Shown here piece after piece: positions 1 through 7,382 of a DNA stretch of 32,000 bases. The stretch comes from Mycobacterium sp. Marseille-P9652. Lineage in GTDB: Bacteria; Actinomycetota; Actinomycetes; Mycobacteriales; Mycobacteriaceae. The stretch lies in assembly GCF_902652685.1 (NCBI RefSeq), contig NZ_CACRUY010000011.1:38562-70561 (forward strand), written 5' to 3'. A program made the translations under genes and the position numbers. How positions within the stretch are numbered: the first letter of the stretch is position 1; each line of letters opens with the position of its first letter. Under the pieces are notes generated by a model, which searched no databases, was not told the origin of the DNA, and was given only the letters and a program-made list of their open reading frames with translations.

Positions 1-28
1 ACGCCCGAATGGATGAGATGAGGACGGC

Positions 29-1042
29 ATGACCGACGTCAGCCTCACCGATGTCTCGACCTACCTGCCCGGCGAGCCGATCGGCGCCGAGTACTACGCG
101 GGCCACGCCGAATCCGACGACCTGCGCGACAACGTGATGTTTCGCGCCCCGAGGTTCCGCCATCACGTCGGGCCGGACGAAACCGCGACCGACATGGTCG
201 AGCGCGCCGCGCAAGGGCTGATCGACCGGCACGGCCGCGAGGTCGTCGAAGGCGCCGACGTGTTGATCACCCACACCCAGATGCCGGACATGCCGTTCTA
301 CGGCGGCGGGGGTGCGATCGCCCACCGGCTGGGCATGCGTCCGTCGTGGGTGCTCGACCTGCACAACGGCGGATGCGCCGCGTTCGTGCTGGGGCTCAAC
401 GTCGCTCGCACCCTGCTCAGCTCGGGCCAGGGGCGCACCGCGCTGGTCGCGATCGCGCAGAACGCCGCGGGCCAGGTGTTCGACCAACCCGGCGTGCGGC
501 GCAAGGCACAGGCGGCGATACCGGGCGACGGCGCCGCCGTCGGCCTCGTCACGGTGTCCGATCGGTCGCCGATCCTGGACATCGAGTGCCGCACCTACGG
601 CGAGTACGCCGGGGACATGACGCTCGCCGTCGACCCGCCCCGCAAGTGGTGGCAACCCGGTCCCGGCGAGGGTTGCATCGGTTTCACCGAGACCAAGATC
701 ACGAAGGTCCTGGCCCGCGGCAACCGCCAGGTGCCGGAGGTGGCGCTCGCGGTCTGCGACCGGATCGGGTTGCCGGCCAAGGACATTGGCCTGCTCGTCA
801 CCAACCAGCCCAACCGCGTGTTCCTGCGCAACTGGCGTGAGGCGCTCGAGTTGCCGCCGGAGCGGCACCGCGACACCTTCGAGCAGTGCGGCAACCTCTT
901 CGGCGCCGGTATCCCGGTCAACCTCGATCGCGCGATCTCCGACGGCCAGGTCAAGGAGGGCGACGTCGTGATGATGGCCGCCTTCGCGCACGCGGGGGAC
1001 TTCGCCGGCGCCGCGGCGATCCGCTGGGGAGGGCGGGGATGA
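29..1042 (+). CDS. 3-oxoacyl-ACP synthase III (FabH/KAS III)-like thiolase-fold enzyme
   Basis: 337-aa ORF with ATG at 29. KAS III layout: nucleophile Cys in LHNGGCAAF (Cys116) and the C-terminal Asn motif CGNLFGAGIP (Asn289). Where FabH has the HQAN histidine, this protein reads LVTNQPN (Asn259, codon 803-805). The stop overlaps the next gene's start (ATGA at 1039-1042). Confidence 0.8.
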   Translation: MTDVSLTDVSTYLPGEPIGAEYYAGHAESDDLRDNVMFRAPRFRHHVGPDETATDMVERAAQGLIDRHGREVVEGADVLITHTQMPDMPFYGGGGAIAHRLGMRPSWVLDLHNGGCAAFVLGLNVARTLLSSGQGRTALVAIAQNAAGQVFDQPGVRRKAQAAIPGDGAAVGLVTVSDRSPILDIECRTYGEYAGDMTLAVDPPRKWWQPGPGEGCIGFTETKITKVLARGNRQVPEVALAVCDRIGLPAKDIGLLVTNQPNRVFLRNWREALELPPERHRDTFEQCGNLFGAGIPVNLDRAISDGQVKEGDVVMMAAFAHAGDFAGAAAIRWGGRG

Positions 1043-2094
1043 TGCAACCCGTGCGCGGGCCGGTGGGCGGCGACATCGTGGACGCGTTCCCGAATGCGAT
1101 CGACCCGCTTGCGTTGTCGCTCAACGAGAATCCGTTCCCGCCGCTGCCGTCCGTGCGGTCGGCGCTGATCCGCTCGGTCTATGCGGCCAACCGGTATCCG
1201 GAGTTCCTGCCTGAACGGCTGCGGGGGCTGATCGCCGAGCACGTCGGGGTGCCGGCCGAGCGGGTGGTGCTGGGCGCCGGCGCGACCGGTGTCGTGCTGC
1301 AGGCCCTGCAGGCGCTGACCGTGCCGGGCGACACGATCGCCATGGCGATGCCGACCTTCGACGGCTACCCGATCGCGGCGCGGATGGCGAGGCTGAACTC
1401 GCTGATCGTCCCGCTCGACGAGCACGGGCACAACGACCTCGACGCGCTGGCCGACGCGGCCGCCGACGCGCGGGTGGTGGTCGTGTGCCGGCCCCACAAC
1501 CCGACCGGAACGCTGGAGCCGGTGCCCGCGCTGATGAGGTTCCTGCGGCGCGTTCCCGACGACACCGTCGTGCTGCTCGACGAGGCGTACATCGAGTTCG
1601 CGGCGCCCGAGCACCGGATCGACATGCCGGCGCTGATCGAGCAATTCCCGAATCTCGTTGTGGTGCGCACCTTCTCGAAGGCCTACGGCCTGGCGGGGTT
1701 GCGGATCGGGTACGGCGTGGCGTCGCCCGACCTGGCGCCGGCGCTCTGGGCCCAGCAGGTCCCGTTCGGCATCGCCGTCACCGGTCTGCTCGCGGTCGCG
1801 GCGTCCTACGACGCCGAAGCCGAACTGCTGCAGCGGGTTCGGGCGATCAACGCCGAGCGCCGCTACCTTCGCATGCGCCTGAGCGCGATGGGGGTCTACA
1901 CCACCGACGCGCACGCCAATTTCCTGTACCTTCCGCCGGGCGACCGGCCGTGGCAGGAGGCGCTCGCGGCCACCCGGCTGCACGTGCGGCAGTACCCGGA
2001 CGGCGGCGCGCGCATCACCGTGGGCAATCGCACCTCGACGCTCGCGGTGCTGTCGGCGCTCGGAAAGGATAAGCGGCGGTTCCTCGTGCGCTGA
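1039..2094 (+). CDS. Class I/II PLP-dependent aminotransferase (histidinol-phosphate aminotransferase-like)
   Basis: The track ORF 886..2094 is trimmed to the ATG at 1039, which overlaps the upstream stop (ATGA). It has the N-terminal LSLNENPFPP motif typical of HisC-type enzymes and the PLP-lysine motif RTFSKAYGLAGLRIGY. About 351 aa. Confidence 0.85.
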   Translation: MMQPVRGPVGGDIVDAFPNAIDPLALSLNENPFPPLPSVRSALIRSVYAANRYPEFLPERLRGLIAEHVGVPAERVVLGAGATGVVLQALQALTVPGDTIAMAMPTFDGYPIAARMARLNSLIVPLDEHGHNDLDALADAAADARVVVVCRPHNPTGTLEPVPALMRFLRRVPDDTVVLLDEAYIEFAAPEHRIDMPALIEQFPNLVVVRTFSKAYGLAGLRIGYGVASPDLAPALWAQQVPFGIAVTGLLAVAASYDAEAELLQRVRAINAERRYLRMRLSAMGVYTTDAHANFLYLPPGDRPWQEALAATRLHVRQYPDGGARITVGNRTSTLAVLSALGKDKRRFLVR

Positions 2095-2119
2095 GAATCC
2101 CCGTGCGGTAAGAAAGGGC

Positions 2120-2623
2120 GTGCCCGCCGCAACACCCAAACGCGACCCGATCGCCGCCGCGCGCGCCAACTGGGAGCGCGCCGGATGGGGCGACGTGTCG
2201 CAGGGCATGGTCGCGGTCACCTCCGTGATGCGGGCTCACCAGATCCTGCTCGCCCGGGTCGAAGCCGCCTTGCGCCCCTACGATCTCAGCTTCTCCCGCT
2301 ACGAGTTGTTGCGGCTGCTGGCGTTCAGCCGGACCGGGGCGTTGCCGATCACCAAGGCCTCCGACCGGCTGCAGGTGCACGTCACCAGCGTCACGCACGC
2401 CATCCGCAGGCTGGAGGCCGACGGCCTGGTGAAGCGCCTGCCGCACCCCACCGACGGCCGGACCACGCTGGTGCAGATCACCGACCTGGGCCGCTCCACC
2501 GTCGAGGACGCGACCGTCACCCTCAACGAGCAGGTGTTCGCCGACATCGGCATGTCCGACAGCGAGTCTCGCGCGCTGGCGTCGTCCATCGAGACCCTGC
2601 GGCGCAATGCGGGGGATTTCTAA
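2120..2623 (+). CDS. MarR family transcriptional regulator
   Basis: 167 aa, GTG start. Winged-helix region [14 protein letters not shown]...[50 protein letters not shown] is typical MarR. Confidence 0.85.
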   Translation: MPAATPKRDPIAAARANWERAGWGDVSQGMVAVTSVMRAHQILLARVEAALRPYDLSFSRYELLRLLAFSRTGALPITKASDRLQVHVTSVTHAIRRLEADGLVKRLPHPTDGRTTLVQITDLGRSTVEDATVTLNEQVFADIGMSDSESRALASSIETLRRNAGDF

Positions 2624-2720
2624 GCGGCGATCGCGAGCCAGCGCGTGTAACCCGCCCTCCTATCTGACAGCGACCGCCCCGACCGGCGGCGCCGTCGACC
2701 GATCAGGAGGTACACCCGCG

Positions 2721-3188
2721 ATGGACCCATCGCACGAGCCGCGCGCGGCCGGCATCCGCGACATCGAGGCGACTCGACGCCGCGTCCTCATCGGCTCGTG
2801 CGCGGTGGGCGCCGCGGCCGCGATCGCGGCGTGCGGACCGCAGCAGACCAAGGCGGCGCCCGGCGGCCCGACCGGGGGCGACCAGGCCGCCCCGCCGGCC
2901 GCACCGCAGGTGCTGCACCCCGCTGACGTCCCCGTCGGCGGCGGGGTCATCCTCGCCGACCAGGACACCGTCGTCACCCAGCCCCAACCCGGGCAGTTCC
3001 GGGCCTTCAGCGCCACCTGCACCCACCTCGGTTGTCAGGTCGAGCGGGTCAGCGACGGCACGATCAAGTGTCCGTGCCACGGCAGCCAGTACAGCGTCAC
3101 CGACGGTTCCGTCGTCCGCGGCCCCGCACCAAAACCGTTACCGGCCAGGACCGTGACGCTCAACAACGGCGCCCTGACGATCTCCTAG
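2721..3188 (+). CDS. Rieske [2Fe-2S] domain protein with twin-arginine signal and lipobox (predicted exported lipoprotein)
   Basis: ATG at 2721 is preceded by AGGAGG (2705-2710). Tat-like ATRRRVLIG motif, then a hydrophobic stretch ending in lipobox IAAC-G. Rieske cluster ligands are CTHLGC and CPCHGS. The track ORF begins earlier (2607), but that start has no RBS. Confidence 0.85.
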   Translation: MDPSHEPRAAGIRDIEATRRRVLIGSCAVGAAAAIAACGPQQTKAAPGGPTGGDQAAPPAAPQVLHPADVPVGGGVILADQDTVVTQPQPGQFRAFSATCTHLGCQVERVSDGTIKCPCHGSQYSVTDGSVVRGPAPKPLPARTVTLNNGALTIS

Positions 3189-3222
3189 CGCCGATTCCCT
3201 TCCGAACGAGAGGCTTTCAGAC

Positions 3223-4155
3223 ATGCAACCCGAACGCGACCCGCGCGGCATGACGCGCCGGCAGCTGATCCGCCACACCGCGTGGTTCGGCGCGGCGGTG
3301 GGCTTCGCCGTCGCCGGCGGCGAAGTCATCTCGCACATGGCCGGCAGCGCCACGGCGACGGCACCGGTCCGGCCGACGCTGCGCTTCGCGCAAGTCAGCG
3401 ACAGCCACATCGGGTTCGACGGCAAGGCCAACCCCGACGTGGCCGGCTCCTTCGACCGGGCGATCGACCAGATCAACCACCTCGGCTACACCCCCGATTT
3501 CGTCATCCACACCGGCGACCTCACCCACCTGGCCACGCCGGAACAGTTCGACCAGGTCAAGCAGATGATGACGCGGTTCTCCACCCCGCACGTGTTCACC
3601 GTTCCCGGCGAACACGATTCCTCCGACGACGGGGGACGGCGGTACCTGCAGATGTTCGGGGCGGGCACCAAGGGCAACGGCTGGTACAGCTTCGACATCA
3701 ACGGCGTGCACGTGATCGCGCTGGTGAACTCGCTGAACCTCGACAAGCTCGGCCATCTCGGCAACGACCAGCTCGATTTCGTCCAGAAGGATGTTGCCGG
3801 GTTGTCGAGCGACACACCGATCATCGTCTTCAGCCACATCCCGTTGTTCGCCATGTACCCCCAGTGGGGATGGGGTACCGACGACGCCGGCCAGGCGCTG
3901 AGCTATCTGCGGCGATTCTCGTCGGTGACCTGCCTCAACGGCCATGTGCACCAACTGTTCTCGAAAACCGAGGGCAACATCACCTTCTACTGCGGCACCA
4001 CGACGGCCTACCCGCTGCCGCATCCCGGCGACGGGCCCGCGCCCAAGCCCGTGACGCTGCCGGCCGGGAAGCTGCACGACGCGCTGGGCATTCGTGAGGT
4101 CAGCTACGTCAAGGGCCGGCAGGCGCTGGCGCTGAAGGAGGAGAACCTGCAATGA
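3223..4155 (+). CDS. Calcineurin-like metallophosphoesterase with twin-arginine signal
   Basis: 310 aa. N-terminal MTRRQLIRHTAWFGAAVGFAVAGG is Tat-type. Metallophosphoesterase motifs are VSDSHIG (DxH), HTGDLTH (GD), VPGEHD (a GNHD variant), FSHIP and LNGHVH. Confidence 0.85.
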   Translation: MQPERDPRGMTRRQLIRHTAWFGAAVGFAVAGGEVISHMAGSATATAPVRPTLRFAQVSDSHIGFDGKANPDVAGSFDRAIDQINHLGYTPDFVIHTGDLTHLATPEQFDQVKQMMTRFSTPHVFTVPGEHDSSDDGGRRYLQMFGAGTKGNGWYSFDINGVHVIALVNSLNLDKLGHLGNDQLDFVQKDVAGLSSDTPIIVFSHIPLFAMYPQWGWGTDDAGQALSYLRRFSSVTCLNGHVHQLFSKTEGNITFYCGTTTAYPLPHPGDGPAPKPVTLPAGKLHDALGIREVSYVKGRQALALKEENLQ

Positions 4156-4562
4156 GTTTCACCAACATGGCGCTGCGGGCCGGGCTCGCGATCACGCTCG
4201 CGGCCAGCGGTGTCGACCACGCCTACCTGTACCTGGACGGGTACCGCAATGTCCCGGTCGTGGGATTCGGCTTCCTCGCGCAGGCCAGCGTGTTCTGCGC
4301 GCTCGCACTCCTCATCGCGGTCGGCGGGCCCGACTGGCTTGTGTGGGCCGCGGGCCTGCTGGCCGCCGGCGCGCTGGGTGCGTTCGTGCTGTCGCGCACC
4401 GTCGGGTTGTTCGGCTTCGTCGAGCACGGGTGGGAGCCCGCGCCGCATCCCGCGATCAGCGTCCTCACCGAGGCGGCGACCGTCGCGCTGTGCCTGGCGT
4501 GGGTGTTCCGTCACCGGGTGCCGCGCACCGCGGCCGCCACGGCCGGGGCCGCTTCGCTCTGA
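4152..4562 (+). CDS. Small integral membrane protein (about 4 TM helices), function unknown
   Basis: 136 aa. The ATG overlaps the upstream stop (ATGA at 4152-4155). There are four hydrophobic segments (LAITLAASGV, VVGFGFLAQASVFCALALLIAV, LVWAAGLLAAGALGAFVL, ISVLTEAATVALCLAWVF). The frame has high GC3. Confidence 0.6.
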   Translation: MSFTNMALRAGLAITLAASGVDHAYLYLDGYRNVPVVGFGFLAQASVFCALALLIAVGGPDWLVWAAGLLAAGALGAFVLSRTVGLFGFVEHGWEPAPHPAISVLTEAATVALCLAWVFRHRVPRTAAATAGAASL

Positions 4563-5371
4563 GGGTAGTGGCCGACGCCCGGCAGCGTCGTGACGGTCGC
4601 GCGCGGCAGCGCTTTGGTGGCCCGCTCGAGGACGTGCCCGCCCGACACCGGGTCGTCGAGGCCCCACACCAGGTGCAAAGGCCCATCCCAGCGGGCCAGC
4701 GCGGCCTCCCACCGGCCGTGGTGGGCCGCCCGTTCGGCGTTGTACTTGATCAGCAGGTGTCCGAGCTTGTGGCCGCCGTCGCGCGACATCCCCACCCACA
4801 GGTCGTCGAATTCGTCGTCGGCGAGCGGCTTTCCGCGGACCCCGTCAAGCCCGGAACGGACCCGTGACGCGTCGACACGAGAGGCCAACGCTTTACCCAC
4901 GACCGGGAACGCCAGCAGCTTCTGCAGGCGTGTCGGGCGGTACGCGCTGTAGACGATGCCGGAGTTGAGGAGAATGAGCCTGTCGATCGTGAAACTCAAC
5001 ACCCCCCGGTTGGCTCGGTCGGCGAGTTCCTGCCCGACGATCCCGCCGTAGTCGTGGGCCAGCACGCTGGCGTTGCCGACCGCGAGCCGCGCGGCGAGAT
5101 CCTCGACCACGTCGGCGGATTCGGCCACGGAGTACTCGTACGGGTTCGGCTTGTCCGATGCGCCGTAACCGAGGAAATCGAGCGTGACGACGTCGTGGTC
5201 GCGGGCGAGATCGGCCGCGAGCGCGGCGTAGTCGTACGACCAGGTGGGGAAGCCGTGCAGCAAGAAAATCGTCGGGCCGGTCCCGCGCCGCCGGTAGGCG
5301 ATCCGATGCCCCCGCCGGCTGGTCATCATCTCGTTCTCGGCGATCCATTCCTGGGCCCGAGGGACTTTCAT
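4511..5371 (-). CDS. Alpha/beta hydrolase, Asp-nucleophile class (epoxide hydrolase / haloalkane dehalogenase-like)
   Basis: Track ORF 4511..5590 trimmed to the ATG at 5371 (MKVPRAQEW...). HGFPTWSYDY oxyanion motif, nucleophile elbow VLAHDYGG, catalytic His in GVGHYPQSE. About 286 aa. Confidence 0.85.
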   Translation of the reverse strand: MKVPRAQEWIAENEMMTSRRGHRIAYRRRGTGPTIFLLHGFPTWSYDYAALAADLARDHDVVTLDFLGYGASDKPNPYEYSVAESADVVEDLAARLAVGNASVLAHDYGGIVGQELADRANRGVLSFTIDRLILLNSGIVYSAYRPTRLQKLLAFPVVGKALASRVDASRVRSGLDGVRGKPLADDEFDDLWVGMSRDGGHKLGHLLIKYNAERAAHHGRWEAALARWDGPLHLVWGLDDPVSGGHVLERATKALPRATVTTLPGVGHYPQSEAAPAVAAAVRGTR

Positions 5372-5423
5372 GACAAGGCGCCCCTTCGTCTGATGCACTG
5401 ATATATTCGGATACAGTTGCGTA

Positions 5424-5453
5424 TGACAATGCAGTTCTGTCACCCTATTGTCA
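5424..5453. promoter_or_regulatory. Candidate TetR operator: 7-bp inverted repeat TGACAAT-N16-ATTGTCA
   Basis: TGACAAT at 5424-5430 and ATTGTCA at 5447-5453. It lies in the AT-richer divergent spacer between the alpha/beta hydrolase gene (start 5371) and the TetR gene (start 5478, or 5448). Confidence 0.3.
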
Positions 5454-5477
5454 AGCGCACAGACGAGGAGGCCGCGA

Positions 5478-6083
5478 GTGGCTCGCTTGACCCGTGCCGA
5501 GCAACGCGAACAAACCCGCCGGCGTCTGATCGAGGCCGCCGGCCGGGTGTTCTGCCGGGTGGGATTCGAAGCGGCGCCGATCGACGTCATCGCCGAAGAG
5601 GCCGGATTCTCCCGCGGCGCTTTCTATTCGAACTTCGAGTCCAAGGACGACCTGTTCCTCGAACTCCTTTGCCGCCACCTCGACGCGGAGCTCGAGACCC
5701 TGGGCCGCGCGCTCGATCGCATCACGTCCGCCGCCGAGCTGGCGCCTGCGATCGAGCGCCGGTACCGGGTCCTGGGGGAGGACGGCAGCTGGTGCCTGCT
5801 GACCACCGAGTTCCAGCTCTACACGATGCGAGGCGGCGCCCGCGCCGGCGAATTCGGAAAGATCTACGAGTCCTACCGGCGACGGCTCGGCGACCTCATC
5901 GCCCACCACTTCGACCGCCTCGGGATCGAATCCGCGCTGACGCCTTACGAGTTCGGCGTCGCGCAGATCGCGCTGTCGCACGGACTGGCGCTGCAGCGGG
6001 CGGCGAACGGGTCGCTGAAGGCGAACCTGCCCGCGCGGGCCCTCGCAACCTTCGTGCGCGGCGCCCTGGCGGGGGATCGGTGA
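5478..6083 (+). CDS. TetR/AcrR family transcriptional regulator
   Basis: HTH region RRRLIEAAGRVFCRVGFEAAPIDVIAEEAGFSRGAFYSNFESKDDLF. GTG at 5478 sits 6 nt after GAGGAGG (5465-5471). An alternative in-frame ATG lies at 5448. The gene is divergent from the hydrolase gene. Confidence 0.85.
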   Translation: MARLTRAEQREQTRRRLIEAAGRVFCRVGFEAAPIDVIAEEAGFSRGAFYSNFESKDDLFLELLCRHLDAELETLGRALDRITSAAELAPAIERRYRVLGEDGSWCLLTTEFQLYTMRGGARAGEFGKIYESYRRRLGDLIAHHFDRLGIESALTPYEFGVAQIALSHGLALQRAANGSLKANLPARALATFVRGALAGDR

Positions 6084-6084
6084 A

Positions 6085-6453
6085 TCAGCCGGCGGCCCAC
6101 TGCGTGGCGCGGTCGAGTTCGTCGAGCCCGAAGACGCGGATCTCGCCCGGCACGATCCACGCCAGCGCGTGCAGGGTATGGGCGATCCACTCCTTGTCGG
6201 TGACGACCGCGATCCGCTTGAACGCCGAGTGATGCGGCCAGACGGTGCCGAAGCCGAGCTTCAGGTCCTCGAGGAGGCCGCCGGGCCCGAAGCCCTCGTA
6301 GTCGCCGGCGATGACCTCCACGATCCGGATCTCCCCGGTTTTGAGCAGATCCGTCAGGGCGGGTTCGAGTTCGCGCAGTTCGTCACCGCGCAACCGGCCG
6401 GACACGCGGATGCCGATCAGGCCCGGGGGCATGTCGGGCAGCAACTCGATCAT
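6085..6453 (-). CDS. STAS / SpoIIAA-like domain protein (DUF3478-type)
   Basis: Track ORF 6085..6822 trimmed to the ATG at 6453, whose codon overlaps the mmsB stop (ATGA). The 122-aa protein MIELLPDMPPGLIGIRVSGRL...FKRIAVVTDKEWI... resembles SpoIIAA-like STAS proteins. Confidence 0.7.
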   Translation of the reverse strand: MIELLPDMPPGLIGIRVSGRLRGDELRELEPALTDLLKTGEIRIVEVIAGDYEGFGPGGLLEDLKLGFGTVWPHHSAFKRIAVVTDKEWIAHTLHALAWIVPGEIRVFGLDELDRATQWAAG

Positions 6454-7337
6454 CAGCTGTCGCGCAGCATCTCGATGACCGCGCTGAAGTCCTTGTCGGC
6501 GTGGTCGGCGGCGAATTTGGCGTAGATGTCGGCGGCGTGGCTGCCCAGCGGCGCGGACGCACCCGTCGAGGCGACGGCATCCATCGCCAGGCCGAGGTCC
6601 TTGTTCATCAGGGCTGTCGCGAAGCCGGGCTTGAAGTCGTTGTTCGCGGGGGAGGTCGGCACCGGGCCGGGCACCGGGCAGTTGGTGTGCACCGCCCAGC
6701 AGTTGCCGGTCGCGCCGGTGATGACGTCGAAGAGGGCCTGGGCCGACAGGCCGAGCTTCTCGGCCAGGACGAACGCCTCGCCGACCGCGATCTGCTGCAC
6801 CGCCAGCACCATGTTGTTGCACACCTTGGCCGCCTGCCCCGCGCCGGCGCCGCCGCAGTGAATCACCTTGCCCGCCATGGGTTCCAGCACGGGGCGCGCG
6901 CGCTCCAGCGCCTCGTCGTCGCCGCCCACCATGAACGCCAGCGTGCCGGCCACCGCGCCCTTCACGCCGCCCGACACCGGTGCGTCGAGCTGCGCGACGC
7001 CGTGGGACTCCGCCAGGGCGTGCACCTCGCGGGCGTCGGTCACCGAGATCGTCGAGCTGTCGATGAACAGGGCACCCCGCTGGGCGGCGGGCAGGATGTC
7101 GGCGTAGCAGCGTTTGACCACGTCGCCGTTCGGCAGCATCGTGATGACGACGTCGGCGTCCTCGACCGCGTCGACGGCGCTGTCGAACACGGCGACGCCG
7201 TGGCCCGTCGCATCGGCGGCGGCCCGCGACACCGGATCGAAGCCGCGCACCATGTAGCCCGCTCGCACGAGGTTGGCCGACATGGGCGCGCCCATGTTGC
7301 CCAGCCCGAGGAAAGCAATGCTTGCAAGGTCAGCCAT
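6453..7337 (-). CDS. mmsB: 3-hydroxyisobutyrate dehydrogenase
   Basis: 294 aa. N-terminal Rossmann motif IAFLGLGNMGAPMSANL and the typical HIBADH core. It is the last enzyme gene of an mmsA-fadE9-mmsB arrangement, as in M. tuberculosis Rv0753c-Rv0751c (from memory). Confidence 0.9.
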   Translation of the reverse strand: MADLASIAFLGLGNMGAPMSANLVRAGYMVRGFDPVSRAAADATGHGVAVFDSAVDAVEDADVVITMLPNGDVVKRCYADILPAAQRGALFIDSSTISVTDAREVHALAESHGVAQLDAPVSGGVKGAVAGTLAFMVGGDDEALERARPVLEPMAGKVIHCGGAGAGQAAKVCNNMVLAVQQIAVGEAFVLAEKLGLSAQALFDVITGATGNCWAVHTNCPVPGPVPTSPANNDFKPGFATALMNKDLGLAMDAVASTGASAPLGSHAADIYAKFAADHADKDFSAVIEMLRDS

Positions 7338-7382
7338 GGTCGCCTTTCTCAGCGGTCGTCTTTCCTGAAGCGGGTGTCGCCC

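Noticed and set aside
595-2220. 541-aa ORF on the - strand
   Set aside because: It is antisense to the KAS III-like and aminotransferase genes, which carry catalytic motifs. Its composition is that of a shadow ORF.
2607-2720. Longer N-terminus for the Rieske lipoprotein (track start 2607)
   Set aside because: It overlaps the MarR 3' end and has no RBS. The ATG at 2721 has a perfect AGGAGG upstream and yields a normal Tat/lipoprotein signal.
5372-5590. Longer N-terminus for the alpha/beta hydrolase (track start 5590)
   Set aside because: The extension would run through the AT-rich divergent promoter region and the TetR 5' end. The conserved fold begins just after the ATG at 5371.
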